From contig CBDIIB010000004.1 of NCBI GenBank assembly GCA_965279525.1, positions 352,001-416,000 of the forward strand: 64,000 bases of DNA. The letters run 5' to 3'. The number at the start of each line of letters is the position of its first letter. Position 1 is the first letter of the stretch. This stretch comes from Tagaea sp. (GTDB lineage Bacteria; Pseudomonadota; Alphaproteobacteria; CACIAM-22H2). Shown here one piece after another: positions 52,963 through 61,631 of the stretch. The notes under the pieces are model-generated. The model was given only the letters and a program-made list of their open reading frames with translations, was not told the DNA's origin and did not search any database. Made by a program: the position numbers and the translations under genes.

Positions 52963-53364
52963 ATGTTGGATCTGAGTTGGGGCGAGATCGTGCTGATCGG
53001 GGCCGTGGCGGTGATATTCATCGGCCCGAAGGAACTGCCCAATGCCTTGCGCACGATGGGCAAGTTCATGGGCAAGGCCCGCACGATGGCGCGCGAGTTC
53101 CAGAACAACGTCGACGACATGATCCGCGAGTCCGAACTCGAGGAAGTGAAGAAGAAGGTCCAGTCGGTCCAGAACATCACGACCGGCGGTCTGTCCGGCG
53201 CCATCCAGAACGCGATCGATCCGAAGGGCGAGATCCAGAAGGCGCTCGCACCGCCCGAGACGCTGTCCGCACCCGCCATCTCCGAGCCGGCACCTGCACC
53301 TGCCGTCGCGGCACCGCCTGTCGAAACCCCGGCACCAATTCCCGCCGTCGCAAAAACGAATTGA
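52963..53364 (+). CDS. tatB: Tat translocase subunit B
   Basis: MLDLSWGE, IGPKELP, AREFQ. Confidence 0.95.
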   Translation: MLDLSWGEIVLIGAVAVIFIGPKELPNALRTMGKFMGKARTMAREFQNNVDDMIRESELEEVKKKVQSVQNITTGGLSGAIQNAIDPKGEIQKALAPPETLSAPAISEPAPAPAVAAPPVETPAPIPAVAKTN

Positions 53365-53376
53365 TCCGAATTTACC

Positions 53377-54243
53377 GTGGCTGACGATCTCGAAGACAAG
53401 AAAATGCCGCTGCTCGAACATCTGGTCGAGCTGCGCCAGCGCATGCTCTATTCGATCCTCGCGTTCTTCGCATGCTTCATCGTCGCCTATTACTTCCACA
53501 CGCAGATCTTCAACTTCCTCGTCGATCCGCTTCAGCAGGTGTTCGACGGCCAGTCCGGTCGCCGGATGATCTTCACGGCACCGACCGAGGCGTTCTTCAC
53601 ATACATCAAGGTCGCGTTCTTCGTCGGCGTATGTCTCGCCTTCCCGATCATCGCGAGCCAGCTCTGGATGTTCGTCGCGCCTGGTCTCTACAAGAACGAG
53701 AAAAACGCGTTCCTGCCATTCCTGATCGCGACGCCCGTGATGTTCACGCTCGGCGCCAGCCTGCTCTATTATTTCGTGCTGCCGGTGGCGCTCAAGTTCT
53801 TCGCCAGCTTCGAGGTGCCGGCGGGCGAGGGGGCACTGCCCATCCAGCTCGAAGCGAAGATGAGCGAGTATCTCTCGCTCGTCATGACGCTCATCCTCGC
53901 TTTCGGCATAAGCTTCGAATTGCCCGTCCTGCTGCTGCTGCTCGTGCGCGTGGGCCTCGTTTCGGCGGACACCCTCAAGGACAAGCGCCGCTATGCGGTG
54001 GTCGGCGTCGTCGCGTTTGCCGGCGTGGTGACCCCGCCGGACGTGATGAGCCAGCTCTCGCTCGCCATCCCGATGTATCTGCTCTACGAGGCGTCGATCT
54101 GGATCGGTTACATGATCGAGAAGCGCCGCTCCGAGAGCGAGGTTGCGGACGACGAGACGCCGGAAGAAACGGTCCCGGCAGCGGCCGCTGCGGCACCCGT
54201 CCCGTCGTCGCTGCCCGAAACCGATTTCAACCAGGCCCGCTAA
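53377..54243 (+). CDS. tatC: Tat translocase subunit C
   Basis: MPLLEHLVELR, FVAPGLY, FELP, TPPD. Confidence 0.97.
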   Translation: MADDLEDKKMPLLEHLVELRQRMLYSILAFFACFIVAYYFHTQIFNFLVDPLQQVFDGQSGRRMIFTAPTEAFFTYIKVAFFVGVCLAFPIIASQLWMFVAPGLYKNEKNAFLPFLIATPVMFTLGASLLYYFVLPVALKFFASFEVPAGEGALPIQLEAKMSEYLSLVMTLILAFGISFELPVLLLLLVRVGLVSADTLKDKRRYAVVGVVAFAGVVTPPDVMSQLSLAIPMYLLYEASIWIGYMIEKRRSESEVADDETPEETVPAAAAAAPVPSSLPETDFNQAR

Positions 54244-54253
54244 GTCCCGGACG

Positions 54254-54333
54254 CGAATCGCTTTTTGCCGATCTGTGGACGCCCGAGTCGCGCCAGCCTT
54301 ATAAAGATTCGGCGCGTCGGGAACGTCGAGTCG
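54254..54333 (+). promoter_or_regulatory. candidate surE-operon promoter with four GANTC sites
   Basis: GAATC 54255, GAGTC 54285, GATTC 54306, GAGTC 54328. TATAAA at 54300-54305. Confidence 0.5.
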
Positions 54334-54374
54334 CAATCGACCGTCAAGCCCCCCGACCTGGCGCCCGGAACCGG

Positions 54375-55166
54375 ATGTTCGGCAAGCCGATCGACCTTTC
54401 GAAATCGCGCATCCTCGTCGCCAACGACGACGGCATCGCGTCGCCCGGTATCGCACTGCTCGAACGCATCGCGCGGACTCTGAGCCGCGACGTCTGGGTC
54501 GTCGCGCCGGAGAGCGAGCAGAGTGCTGTCAGCCACTCCCTGACAATCCGCCGTCCGCTGCGCGTGCACCGGCTCAAGGGCAACCGCTTTGCCGTCGACG
54601 GCACGCCGACCGACTGCGTGATGCTCGCCATCCAGGAGATCATGCGCGACAAGCCGCCCACGCTATGCCTCTCGGGCATCAACCGGGGCGGCAACCTCGC
54701 CGACGACGTGACCTATTCCGGCACCATCGCCGCCGCGATGGAGGCGACGATCCTCGGCGTGCCCGCGATCGCGCTCTCGCAGGTCGTCACGCATCCGCAT
54801 CCGGCGAAGTGGTCGACCGCGGAGCATCATGCGGCGAGCGTCATACGCAAGCTTGCCCGAATCGGCTGGCGGCGCGAGGTGTTGATGAACGTCAATTTCC
54901 CCGATGTCCCGCACGGACAGGTCCGCGGGATCGTGCGTACCTTCCAGGGGCGCTACAAGTCGGGTGACGACATCGTGAAGAACACCGATCCGCGCGGTCA
55001 GACGTATTACTGGATAGGTTCCGCCACACGCGGCCACGACGATCGCAGGGGAACCGACATCTGGGCGACCGATCGCGGCCATATCTCGGTGACGCCGCTG
55101 CATCTCGACCTCACGCATCGCGCGACGCTGAAGTCGCTCGCCAAGCACTTGCCGGAAGTCGCATGA
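54375..55166 (+). CDS. surE: 5'/3'-nucleotidase SurE
   Basis: ILVANDDG, SAVSHSLT, GTPTDCV, SGINRGGN, YSGT. Confidence 0.96.
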   Translation: MFGKPIDLSKSRILVANDDGIASPGIALLERIARTLSRDVWVVAPESEQSAVSHSLTIRRPLRVHRLKGNRFAVDGTPTDCVMLAIQEIMRDKPPTLCLSGINRGGNLADDVTYSGTIAAAMEATILGVPAIALSQVVTHPHPAKWSTAEHHAASVIRKLARIGWRREVLMNVNFPDVPHGQVRGIVRTFQGRYKSGDDIVKNTDPRGQTYYWIGSATRGHDDRRGTDIWATDRGHISVTPLHLDLTHRATLKSLAKHLPEVA

Positions 55167-55798
55167 GCACGCCCAACCACCGCATCCGCCTCGTCATGGA
55201 CCTGCGCGCCGCCGGCATCGCCGACACGGCGGTCTTGTCTGCGATCGAACGGGTGCCGCGCGAGGCGTTCGTGCCGCCGACGTTCCGCGATCGTGCCTAC
55301 GAGGATGCGGCCTTGCCGATCGGGCACGCGCAGACCCTGTCGCGCCCGTCGGTCGTCGGGCTGATGACGCAGGCTCTGGAAGCTGGGCCGCGAAGCAAGG
55401 TTCTCGAAATCGGGACGGGCTCGGGCTACCAGACGAGCGTGCTCGCGCGCATGGTCCGCCGCGTCTACACGATCGAGCGCCATCGCGAGCTGTTGCTGGA
55501 AGCCGAAGCGCGCTTCAAGGCGCTGCGCGTGCACAATGTCGTGACGAAGTTCGGCGACGGATGGCAGGGCTGGCCCGAGCAGGCGCCGTTCGAGCGCATC
55601 ATCGTGACGGCGGCCCCCGTCGACATTCCCGGCGCACTCGTCGACCAGCTCGCCGACGACGGCGTGATGGTGCTGCCCGTCGGACTCGAGAAGCGCGCCC
55701 AGGTCCTGATCCGCGTGCGCAAGACGGGCGGGCGTGCCAAAATCGAGGAACTCGACGCCGTGCGATTCGTGCCGATGGTGGCCGGTCTGCCGGTGTGA
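55163..55798 (+). CDS. pcm: protein-L-isoaspartate O-methyltransferase
   Basis: VPREAF, LEIGTGSGY, GDGWQGWPEQAPF, RFVPM. Confidence 0.96.
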   Translation: MSTPNHRIRLVMDLRAAGIADTAVLSAIERVPREAFVPPTFRDRAYEDAALPIGHAQTLSRPSVVGLMTQALEAGPRSKVLEIGTGSGYQTSVLARMVRRVYTIERHRELLLEAEARFKALRVHNVVTKFGDGWQGWPEQAPFERIIVTAAPVDIPGALVDQLADDGVMVLPVGLEKRAQVLIRVRKTGGRAKIEELDAVRFVPMVAGLPV

Positions 55799-55809
55799 GG
55801 GCAGGGGCC

Positions 55810-56905
55810 ATGCGCAGGTCGGTTAAGTTCGCGCTTGTCGGAATTCTTGCGGCAGGTCTCGGCGCGTGCGCGCGCAGCGGGCCGCCTGCGCCTGTCGTGC
55901 TCGGTACCGGTGCGCCGGCAGCCGCTGCCTCGCGGACGACGTCGAGCGAAACGATCGCGACCGGTGCGGCTTATGTCGTCCGTCCGGGCGATACGATCTT
56001 CACGATCTCGCGCCGGTCCGGTGTCCCGACGCGCGCCCTTATCGATGCGAACCGGCTTGCCCCGCCATATGCGCTGGAGGCGGGGACCCGCCTGTCGATC
56101 CCGGCGGTCCGGACCCACGAGGTCCGCGCCGGCGACACGGCATCGCAGATCGCCCAACGCTACGGCGTGCCGCTGCGCGAACTCGTCCGCGTCAACGCGA
56201 TCGAGCCGCCTTTCGTCATTCGCGTCGGCCAACGCCTTGCCATCCCGGACGCGGACAATCGCGTCGGCGACGACACCGTCATCGATCCCGACCGTCATGG
56301 TCCCCACCGACCCGCCGACGCGCGGGACAAGTGTGCCGCGCGGCACGGTCGAGGCAGCACCGTTGCCGCCGCCACAAACGGCTTCCTCCGCCGCGCCGCA
56401 GGTCACATCGCCGCCGTCCGGACCGGCACCACCGCAGACCGCCGCTCTCCCGCCGCCTGCCAATCCGCCGACCTCGGCACCGGATGGAGATGCCGGCGTA
56501 CGCGCCATTGCCGGGCGCATGCTCTGGCCGGTGCGCGGTGTCGTCGTTTCGGATTATGGGCCGAAGCCGGGCGGATTGCAGAACGACGGCATCAACATCG
56601 CCGCACCCCGCGGCACGGCGTTCCGCGCGGCCGAGAGCGGTGTGGTGATCTATGCCGGAAACGAGCTGCGCGGCTTCGGCAACTTGCTGCTGCTGCGCCA
56701 CGAGGGCGGTTACGTCACGGCCTATGCCCATGCCGACGAGCTTGCCGTCCGGCGTGGCGACCAGGTCCGCAAGGGGCAGACCATCGGGCGCGTCGGCTCA
56801 AGCGGAAACGTGACCGGTCCGCAGCTTCATTTCGAGGTGCGGCGCGGAACGCAGGCGGTCAACCCGATCGACTATCTGGGCTCGCAGTCCAGCGCTTCGA
56901 ACTAG
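55810..56905 (+). CDS. nlpD: LysM-LysM-M23 lipoprotein (NlpD/DipM-like), one apparent frameshift near 56250
   Basis: Lipobox LGAC and two LysM repeats in one frame. WPVRG...NDGINI...YAH...QLHFEVR in the +1 frame. Follows surE-pcm. Confidence 0.8.
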
Positions 56906-56919
56906 CGCCGGCAAATGGA

Positions 56920-57072
56920 TCAGGCTGCGAGCTGACGGGGATCCGAGGTTTCCTCATTGGCGCGCTCCTCGTCGAGGATGCGGACAACTTCGGTCAATAC
57001 GAAGTCGAGCGTCAGGGGAACGGTGCCTGTCCGACGACGGTCGTTGGCGCGTTCGGTCTGCTTCTTGTCCAT
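56920..57072 (-). CDS. small hypothetical protein (50 aa), ending QLAA
   Basis: Hand translation MDKKQTERANDRRRTGTVPLTLDFVLTEVVRILDEERANEETSDPRQLAA. ATG lies 9 nt after the globin stop and the ORF fills the gap to nlpD. Confidence 0.55.
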   Translation of the reverse strand: MDKKQTERANDRRRTGTVPLTLDFVLTEVVRILDEERANEETSDPRQLAA

Positions 57073-57081
57073 GGGAATTTC

Positions 57082-57507
57082 TCAGGCCGCTTGCGGGGTT
57101 GAACTGCGGGTGGCTTCGATCATCGTTCCGGAGACGGCTTGGTAGGCGGACGTCCATGCTGTCCGCATCTCGCCGTCGAAAGCCGCCCCGAAGCACTCGT
57201 GCAGGGTTTCCAGAAGGGCCTGGCCGACGGACGCATAATGCCGTTCCTCGACGCCATACTTGACGTGGCGCCGGCCGAGTTCGCGCACCGTCTCGAGAAC
57301 CGGACCCAGATTGTCGAGCGCGCGCACGACGGTCGCCAGTGCCACGATCAGTTTGATGCCCTGTGTGCGCATGTCGCCATTGAACAGCTTGCGCGTCGAC
57401 GGGTCGATCTCGAACAGCTTCTCGTAGAAGCGGGTGGCGACGGCCTCGTGGCTGGGTGTCAGCTTGGCGAAACTGTCGCGGACGAGGATGATCTGGCTTG
57501 GAGTCAT
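57082..57507 (-). CDS. single-domain globin (flavohemoglobin-type 3/3 fold)
   Basis: FYEKLFEIDP (TyrB10), TQG (GlnE7), LGRRHVKYGV (HisF8), HYASVGQAL, AWTSAY. Confidence 0.93.
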   Translation of the reverse strand: MTPSQIILVRDSFAKLTPSHEAVATRFYEKLFEIDPSTRKLFNGDMRTQGIKLIVALATVVRALDNLGPVLETVRELGRRHVKYGVEERHYASVGQALLETLHECFGAAFDGEMRTAWTSAYQAVSGTMIEATRSSTPQAA

Positions 57508-57583
57508 CTTGGACCTTCGCGCTTGGAGGACGCGAGAACCGTATGCTCCGAGCGTATCGGGAAGATTTCTGTATTCCGGATTT

Positions 57584-57601
57584 ATTGTTTCAATTGTTTC
57601 A
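57584..57601 (-). promoter_or_regulatory. tandem 9-bp direct repeat TGAAACAAT x2
   Basis: attgtttca-attgtttca in the AT-rich gap between the OmpR-type regulator and the globin. Confidence 0.55.
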
Positions 57602-57610
57602 GTGCCGACC

Positions 57611-58327
57611 TCAATCCTTGCCGGGAACGAACATGTAGCCGGCGCCGCGGACCGTCCGGAGGATCTCGGGTTTCGACGGGTCCTGCTCGATCTTGCGGCG
57701 CAGGCGGGCGATGCGGATATCGATGCTTCGGTCGAAGGGTTCCCACCGCTTGTGGTGGGCCAATTCGAGCAGCCGGTCCCGATCCATCGGACGATTCGGG
57801 TTCGCCGCGAACGCAGCGAGCAGGTCGAACTCCATGCTCGTCAGCGCCACTTCCGCGCCGTCGGCGTCGACCAGGCGACGTCTTGCGAGTTCAAGCGTGC
57901 AGCGCCCCATCCGGATGCCGTCGGTCGCTGCCGCGCCGGCCGGCAAAGGTGCGGCAGCCACCCTGCGGCGCAGCACGCTTCGCGCACGCGCAAGTAGTTC
58001 CCGCAAATCGCACGGCTTGGCAACGTAGTCGTCCGCCCCCATTTCCAGCCCGACAACGCGGTCGACGGTACCGTGAGCTGCGGTCAGCATGATGATGCCG
58101 GCCGAAGACGTCTCGCGCAGCCAGCGCGCGAGACTGAGGCCGTTCTCGCCGGGCATGTTGAGATCGAGGAGAACCAGATCGGGGCCGAACGCCGGAACCT
58201 TGGCACGCGCGGCAGCACCGTCGGCGGCATCCGCCGTCTCGAATCCCTGCATCCCGAAATACTCGACGAGCATCTCGCGGATGCCGGGCTCGTCGTCGAC
58301 CACCAGGACGCGCGGCTTCTCGGACAA
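57611..58327 (-). CDS. OmpR-family response regulator
   Basis: VVDDEP, LLDLNMP, GADDYVAKP, FDRSIDIRIARLRRK, TVRGAGY. TTG 58327 has better SD spacing than TTG 58336. Confidence 0.93.
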   Translation of the reverse strand: MSEKPRVLVVDDEPGIREMLVEYFGMQGFETADAADGAAARAKVPAFGPDLVLLDLNMPGENGLSLARWLRETSSAGIIMLTAAHGTVDRVVGLEMGADDYVAKPCDLRELLARARSVLRRRVAAAPLPAGAAATDGIRMGRCTLELARRRLVDADGAEVALTSMEFDLLAAFAANPNRPMDRDRLLELAHHKRWEPFDRSIDIRIARLRRKIEQDPSKPEILRTVRGAGYMFVPGKD

Positions 58328-58403
58328 AGGGGACAACCTCGGATAAATTCCGGATCCGATTTAAGCACGACCCGGGTGGGTGCGCGCAATCCCATGCGGA
58401 ACG

Positions 58404-59261
58404 TCAGTCCAGACGCTTGCCCAGGCGGCCGGCGAGATCCTGCACGAACTGCCAGGCCACGCGACCCGAGCGCGCGCCGCGCGTGACCGACCACTCGTTC
58501 GCCTGCGCGCGCAATTCCTCGACGGGCAGGTCAAGTCCGTAGCGCCGGGCATAGCCTTCGATCATCGCGAAATAGGTGTCCTGGTCGGCATTGTGGAATC
58601 CGAGCCACAGGCCGAAGCGGTCGGACAGCGACACTTTTTCCTCGACCGCCTCGCCGGGATTGATCGCGGTCGAACGCTCGTTCTCGATCATGTCGCGGGC
58701 CATCAGGTGGCGCCGGTTCGACGTCGCGTAGAAAACGACGTTGTCGGGCCGACCCTCGATGCCGCCGTCGAGCACGGCCTTCAGCGACTTGTACGCAGCG
58801 TCCTGCCCGTCGAACGAAAGATCGTCGCAGAACACGACGATGCGCCGCTTCTTGCCGCGCACTTGCGCGAGCAGGCGGGGCAGCGAGGGGATGTCTTCGC
58901 GATGGATCTCGACGAGGGCGAGGGCCCGCGGGCGCTTTTCGTTGATCGTCGCGTGCACCGCCTTGACGAGCGACGACTTGCCCGTCCCGCGCGCGCCCCA
59001 CAGCAGCACGTTGTTGGCCGGCAGCCCGTCGGCGAAGCGCAGCGTGTTGTCGAAGAGGATCTCGCGCTGGCGTTCGACGCCGCGCAGCAGGTCGAGATCC
59101 ACCCGGTTGACCTTCGCGACCGTCTCGAGCCGCTTGCCGTCCGCGTTCCAGACGAACGCGTCGCCCGCGTCCAGATCGGCCGAGATCGACGCCGGCGGGG
59201 CCATCCGGTCGAGCGCATCGGCGATACGGGTGAGGAGCGCTGTGATCTTGGCGTCGTCCAT
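58404..59261 (-). CDS. DUF815-family AAA+ ATP-binding protein
   Basis: ANNVLLWGARGTGKSS, FCDDLSF, YATSNRRHL, SLSDRFGL, RSGRVAWQF. Confidence 0.92.
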   Translation of the reverse strand: MDDAKITALLTRIADALDRMAPPASISADLDAGDAFVWNADGKRLETVAKVNRVDLDLLRGVERQREILFDNTLRFADGLPANNVLLWGARGTGKSSLVKAVHATINEKRPRALALVEIHREDIPSLPRLLAQVRGKKRRIVVFCDDLSFDGQDAAYKSLKAVLDGGIEGRPDNVVFYATSNRRHLMARDMIENERSTAINPGEAVEEKVSLSDRFGLWLGFHNADQDTYFAMIEGYARRYGLDLPVEELRAQANEWSVTRGARSGRVAWQFVQDLAGRLGKRLD

Positions 59262-59355
59262 GATGGCGGAGTCCGGCGAGTGGCAAGGGCCGGAAAACTA
59301 GCCCCCGGGGGTGCAAGTGGTCAATCCGAAAGGAAGATTCCGGACATATGGAGCG

Positions 59356-59383
59356 TTGCAATTCGGGGCGGGGTGGCTATAGT
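59356..59383 (+). promoter_or_regulatory. sigma70-type promoter of yajC-secDF
   Basis: TTGCAA-16nt-TATAGT. Confidence 0.5.
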
Positions 59384-59429
59384 CGCGCCCCGACCCACAC
59401 CCCCGATCAAGACGACGGAGCCCTGTTCG

Positions 59430-59981
59430 ATGTTCATTTCGCCCGCTTACGCCCAAGCCGCCGGGGGCGGTGCCGCCGACGTGCTGCCCCAGCTGATGCT
59501 GATGGCCGCCGTATTCGTCGTCTTCTACTTCCTGCTGATCCGTCCGCAGCAGAAGAAGGTCAAGGAACACAAGGCGATGATCGACGCGCTGAAGCGCGGC
59601 GACCGGGTCGTCACGACGGGCGGCCTGATCGGCACGATCCAGCGCATCGTCTCGGACCGCGAAGCGGTCCTCGAGATCGGCGACGGCGTGCGGGTGCGCA
59701 TCATGCGCGCCATGATCTCGGAAATCATGGCCAAGACCGAGCCGCTCGCGGCCGACGACAAGGCCGAAAAGTCCGAGAAGAAGGCGCCCGCCGGGCCGAC
59801 CTACTGGTCGATGCTGGGGCTGCCGGAAGGTGCCGGCCAGGCGGAAGTCGATGCTGCGATCGGCGCCAAGGGCGGCGATCCGGCACTTGCCGAGGCCGTC
59901 GACACGCTCAAGGACCCGATCCGGCGCAAGCTCTACGCGCGCCTGGGTCATGCCGAATACGTCGCCACGCTGAAGGACTGA
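59430..59981 (+). CDS. yajC: preprotein translocase subunit YajC with C-terminal J-domain-like extension
   Basis: MFISPAYAQ, FYFLLIRPQQK, GDRVVTTGGLIG, followed by about 60 aa resembling DnaJ helices without HPD. Confidence 0.93.
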   Translation: MFISPAYAQAAGGGAADVLPQLMLMAAVFVVFYFLLIRPQQKKVKEHKAMIDALKRGDRVVTTGGLIGTIQRIVSDREAVLEIGDGVRVRIMRAMISEIMAKTEPLAADDKAEKSEKKAPAGPTYWSMLGLPEGAGQAEVDAAIGAKGGDPALAEAVDTLKDPIRRKLYARLGHAEYVATLKD

Positions 59982-60017
59982 CGCGGGGGCCCCCGGGCCT
60001 CGCGCGCCGCGCACACG

Positions 60018-61610
60018 ATGCTGTTTTTCTCGCGCTGGAAGATCTGGAGCATCATCGCCGTCTGTCTGGCCGGCGTGCTGCTTTCCGTCCCGAACGTCGC
60101 TCCGCGGCCGGATTGGTGGCCCTATGCGATGAATCTCGGCCTCGACCTGCGCGGCGGATCGTACCTGCTGCTCGAGGTCGACATGCCGGCCGTCGTGCGC
60201 GAGCGCATCGCGACCATCCAGGACCAGGTCCGCACGCGCATGCGCGCGGCCAACATCCAGATCGTCGGCATCTCGGGGCGCGACAATTCGGTCGTGTTCC
60301 AGGTCCGCGATCCGGGGCAGGCGCCGGCAGCGGTCGCGAACCTGCGCGAGATCGTCACGATGGTGGGCGGCGGCGGGCTCGGCGCCGGTACGGCCGACCT
60401 CGACATCCAGGCGGCAACCGACGGGACGGTCACGATCACGCTGACCGAAGTGGCCCTGCGCGACAAGGCGACCCAGGCCGTCCTCCAGTCGATCGAGATC
60501 GTGCGCCGTCGCATCGACGAGACCGGCGTCAACGAACCCCAGATCGCCCGCCAGGGCGCCAACCGCATCCTCGTCCAGCTGCCGGGCGTCGACGATCCGG
60601 ACCGCATCAAGAAGCTGCTCGGCACGACCGCGCGCATGACCTTCCGCCTGCTCGATCCGAATGCCGACCCGACCTCGGGCCAGCGTCCGCCGCCGGGCGT
60701 GGAATTCCTGCGTGCCGAGAACGAGCGGCGCGCCGACGGCCAGCCGATGGTCTATGCCGTCCGCCAGCGCGTCGAAGTGGAGGGTGCGAATCTCACCAAG
60801 GCGTCGGCGGGCACCAACCCGCAGACCGGCGAGTGGATCGTCAATTTCGAGTTCGACTCCCTCGGCGCCCGGCGCTTCGCCGACGTGACGCGCCAGAATG
60901 TCGGTCGTCCATTCGCGATCGTGCTGGACGACAAGGTCATCAGTGCCCCCGTCATCCGCGAGCCGATCACCGGCGGACGCGGCCAGATTTCCGGCCGCTT
61001 CACCGCGCGCGACGCGCAGGATCTTTCGGTGCTGCTGCGCGCCGGCGCGCTGCCGGCCCCGCTGACGATCGTCGAAGAGCGCACGGTCGGTCCCGACCTC
61101 GGAGCGGACGCGATCCGGGCCGGCATCGCCTCGATCCTTGCCGGCATGGTCCTCGTGTTCGTCTTCATCGTGTGGAGCTACGGGCTGTTCGGCGTTTTCG
61201 CCTGCGTGGGCCTGATCGCCAACCTGTTCCTGACGGTCGCGTGCCTTTCGCTGCTCCAGGCGACGCTCACGCTGCCGGGCATGGCGGGCCTGCTGCTGAC
61301 GCTGGGCCTGTCGGTCGACGCCAACATCCTGATCAACGAGCGCATCCGCGAGGAAACCAAGTCCGGCAAGACGCCGTATGCGGCGATGGAAGCCGGTTTC
61401 GCGCGCGCCTTCTCGACGATCGTGGACTCGAACCTCACCACGCTGATCAAGATGATGCTGCTGTTCGCCTTCGGCTCGGGGCCCGTGCGCGGCTTCGCCG
61501 TGACGATCACGCTTGGCATCCTCACGTCGATGTTCACCGCGACGGTCTTGGTGCGCCTGATGATGGTCACGTGGCTGCGCGCGAAAAAGCGCGAAGCCCT
61601 CCCGGTCTGA
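60018..61610 (+). CDS. secD: protein translocase subunit SecD
   Basis: LGLDLRGG, RRIDETG, FAIVLD, LRAGALPAP, VDANILINERIRE. Confidence 0.97.
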   Translation: MLFFSRWKIWSIIAVCLAGVLLSVPNVAPRPDWWPYAMNLGLDLRGGSYLLLEVDMPAVVRERIATIQDQVRTRMRAANIQIVGISGRDNSVVFQVRDPGQAPAAVANLREIVTMVGGGGLGAGTADLDIQAATDGTVTITLTEVALRDKATQAVLQSIEIVRRRIDETGVNEPQIARQGANRILVQLPGVDDPDRIKKLLGTTARMTFRLLDPNADPTSGQRPPPGVEFLRAENERRADGQPMVYAVRQRVEVEGANLTKASAGTNPQTGEWIVNFEFDSLGARRFADVTRQNVGRPFAIVLDDKVISAPVIREPITGGRGQISGRFTARDAQDLSVLLRAGALPAPLTIVEERTVGPDLGADAIRAGIASILAGMVLVFVFIVWSYGLFGVFACVGLIANLFLTVACLSLLQATLTLPGMAGLLLTLGLSVDANILINERIREETKSGKTPYAAMEAGFARAFSTIVDSNLTTLIKMMLLFAFGSGPVRGFAVTITLGILTSMFTATVLVRLMMVTWLRAKKREALPV

Positions 61611-61631
61611 CCCCGCGACGGAGACGGAAAA

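Noticed and set aside
59984-59995. Palindrome CGGGGGCCCCCG between yajC and secD (and CCCCCGGGGG at 59302)
   Set aside because: Low-complexity GC runs with no loop or U-tract. Not evidence of a terminator or mobile element ends.
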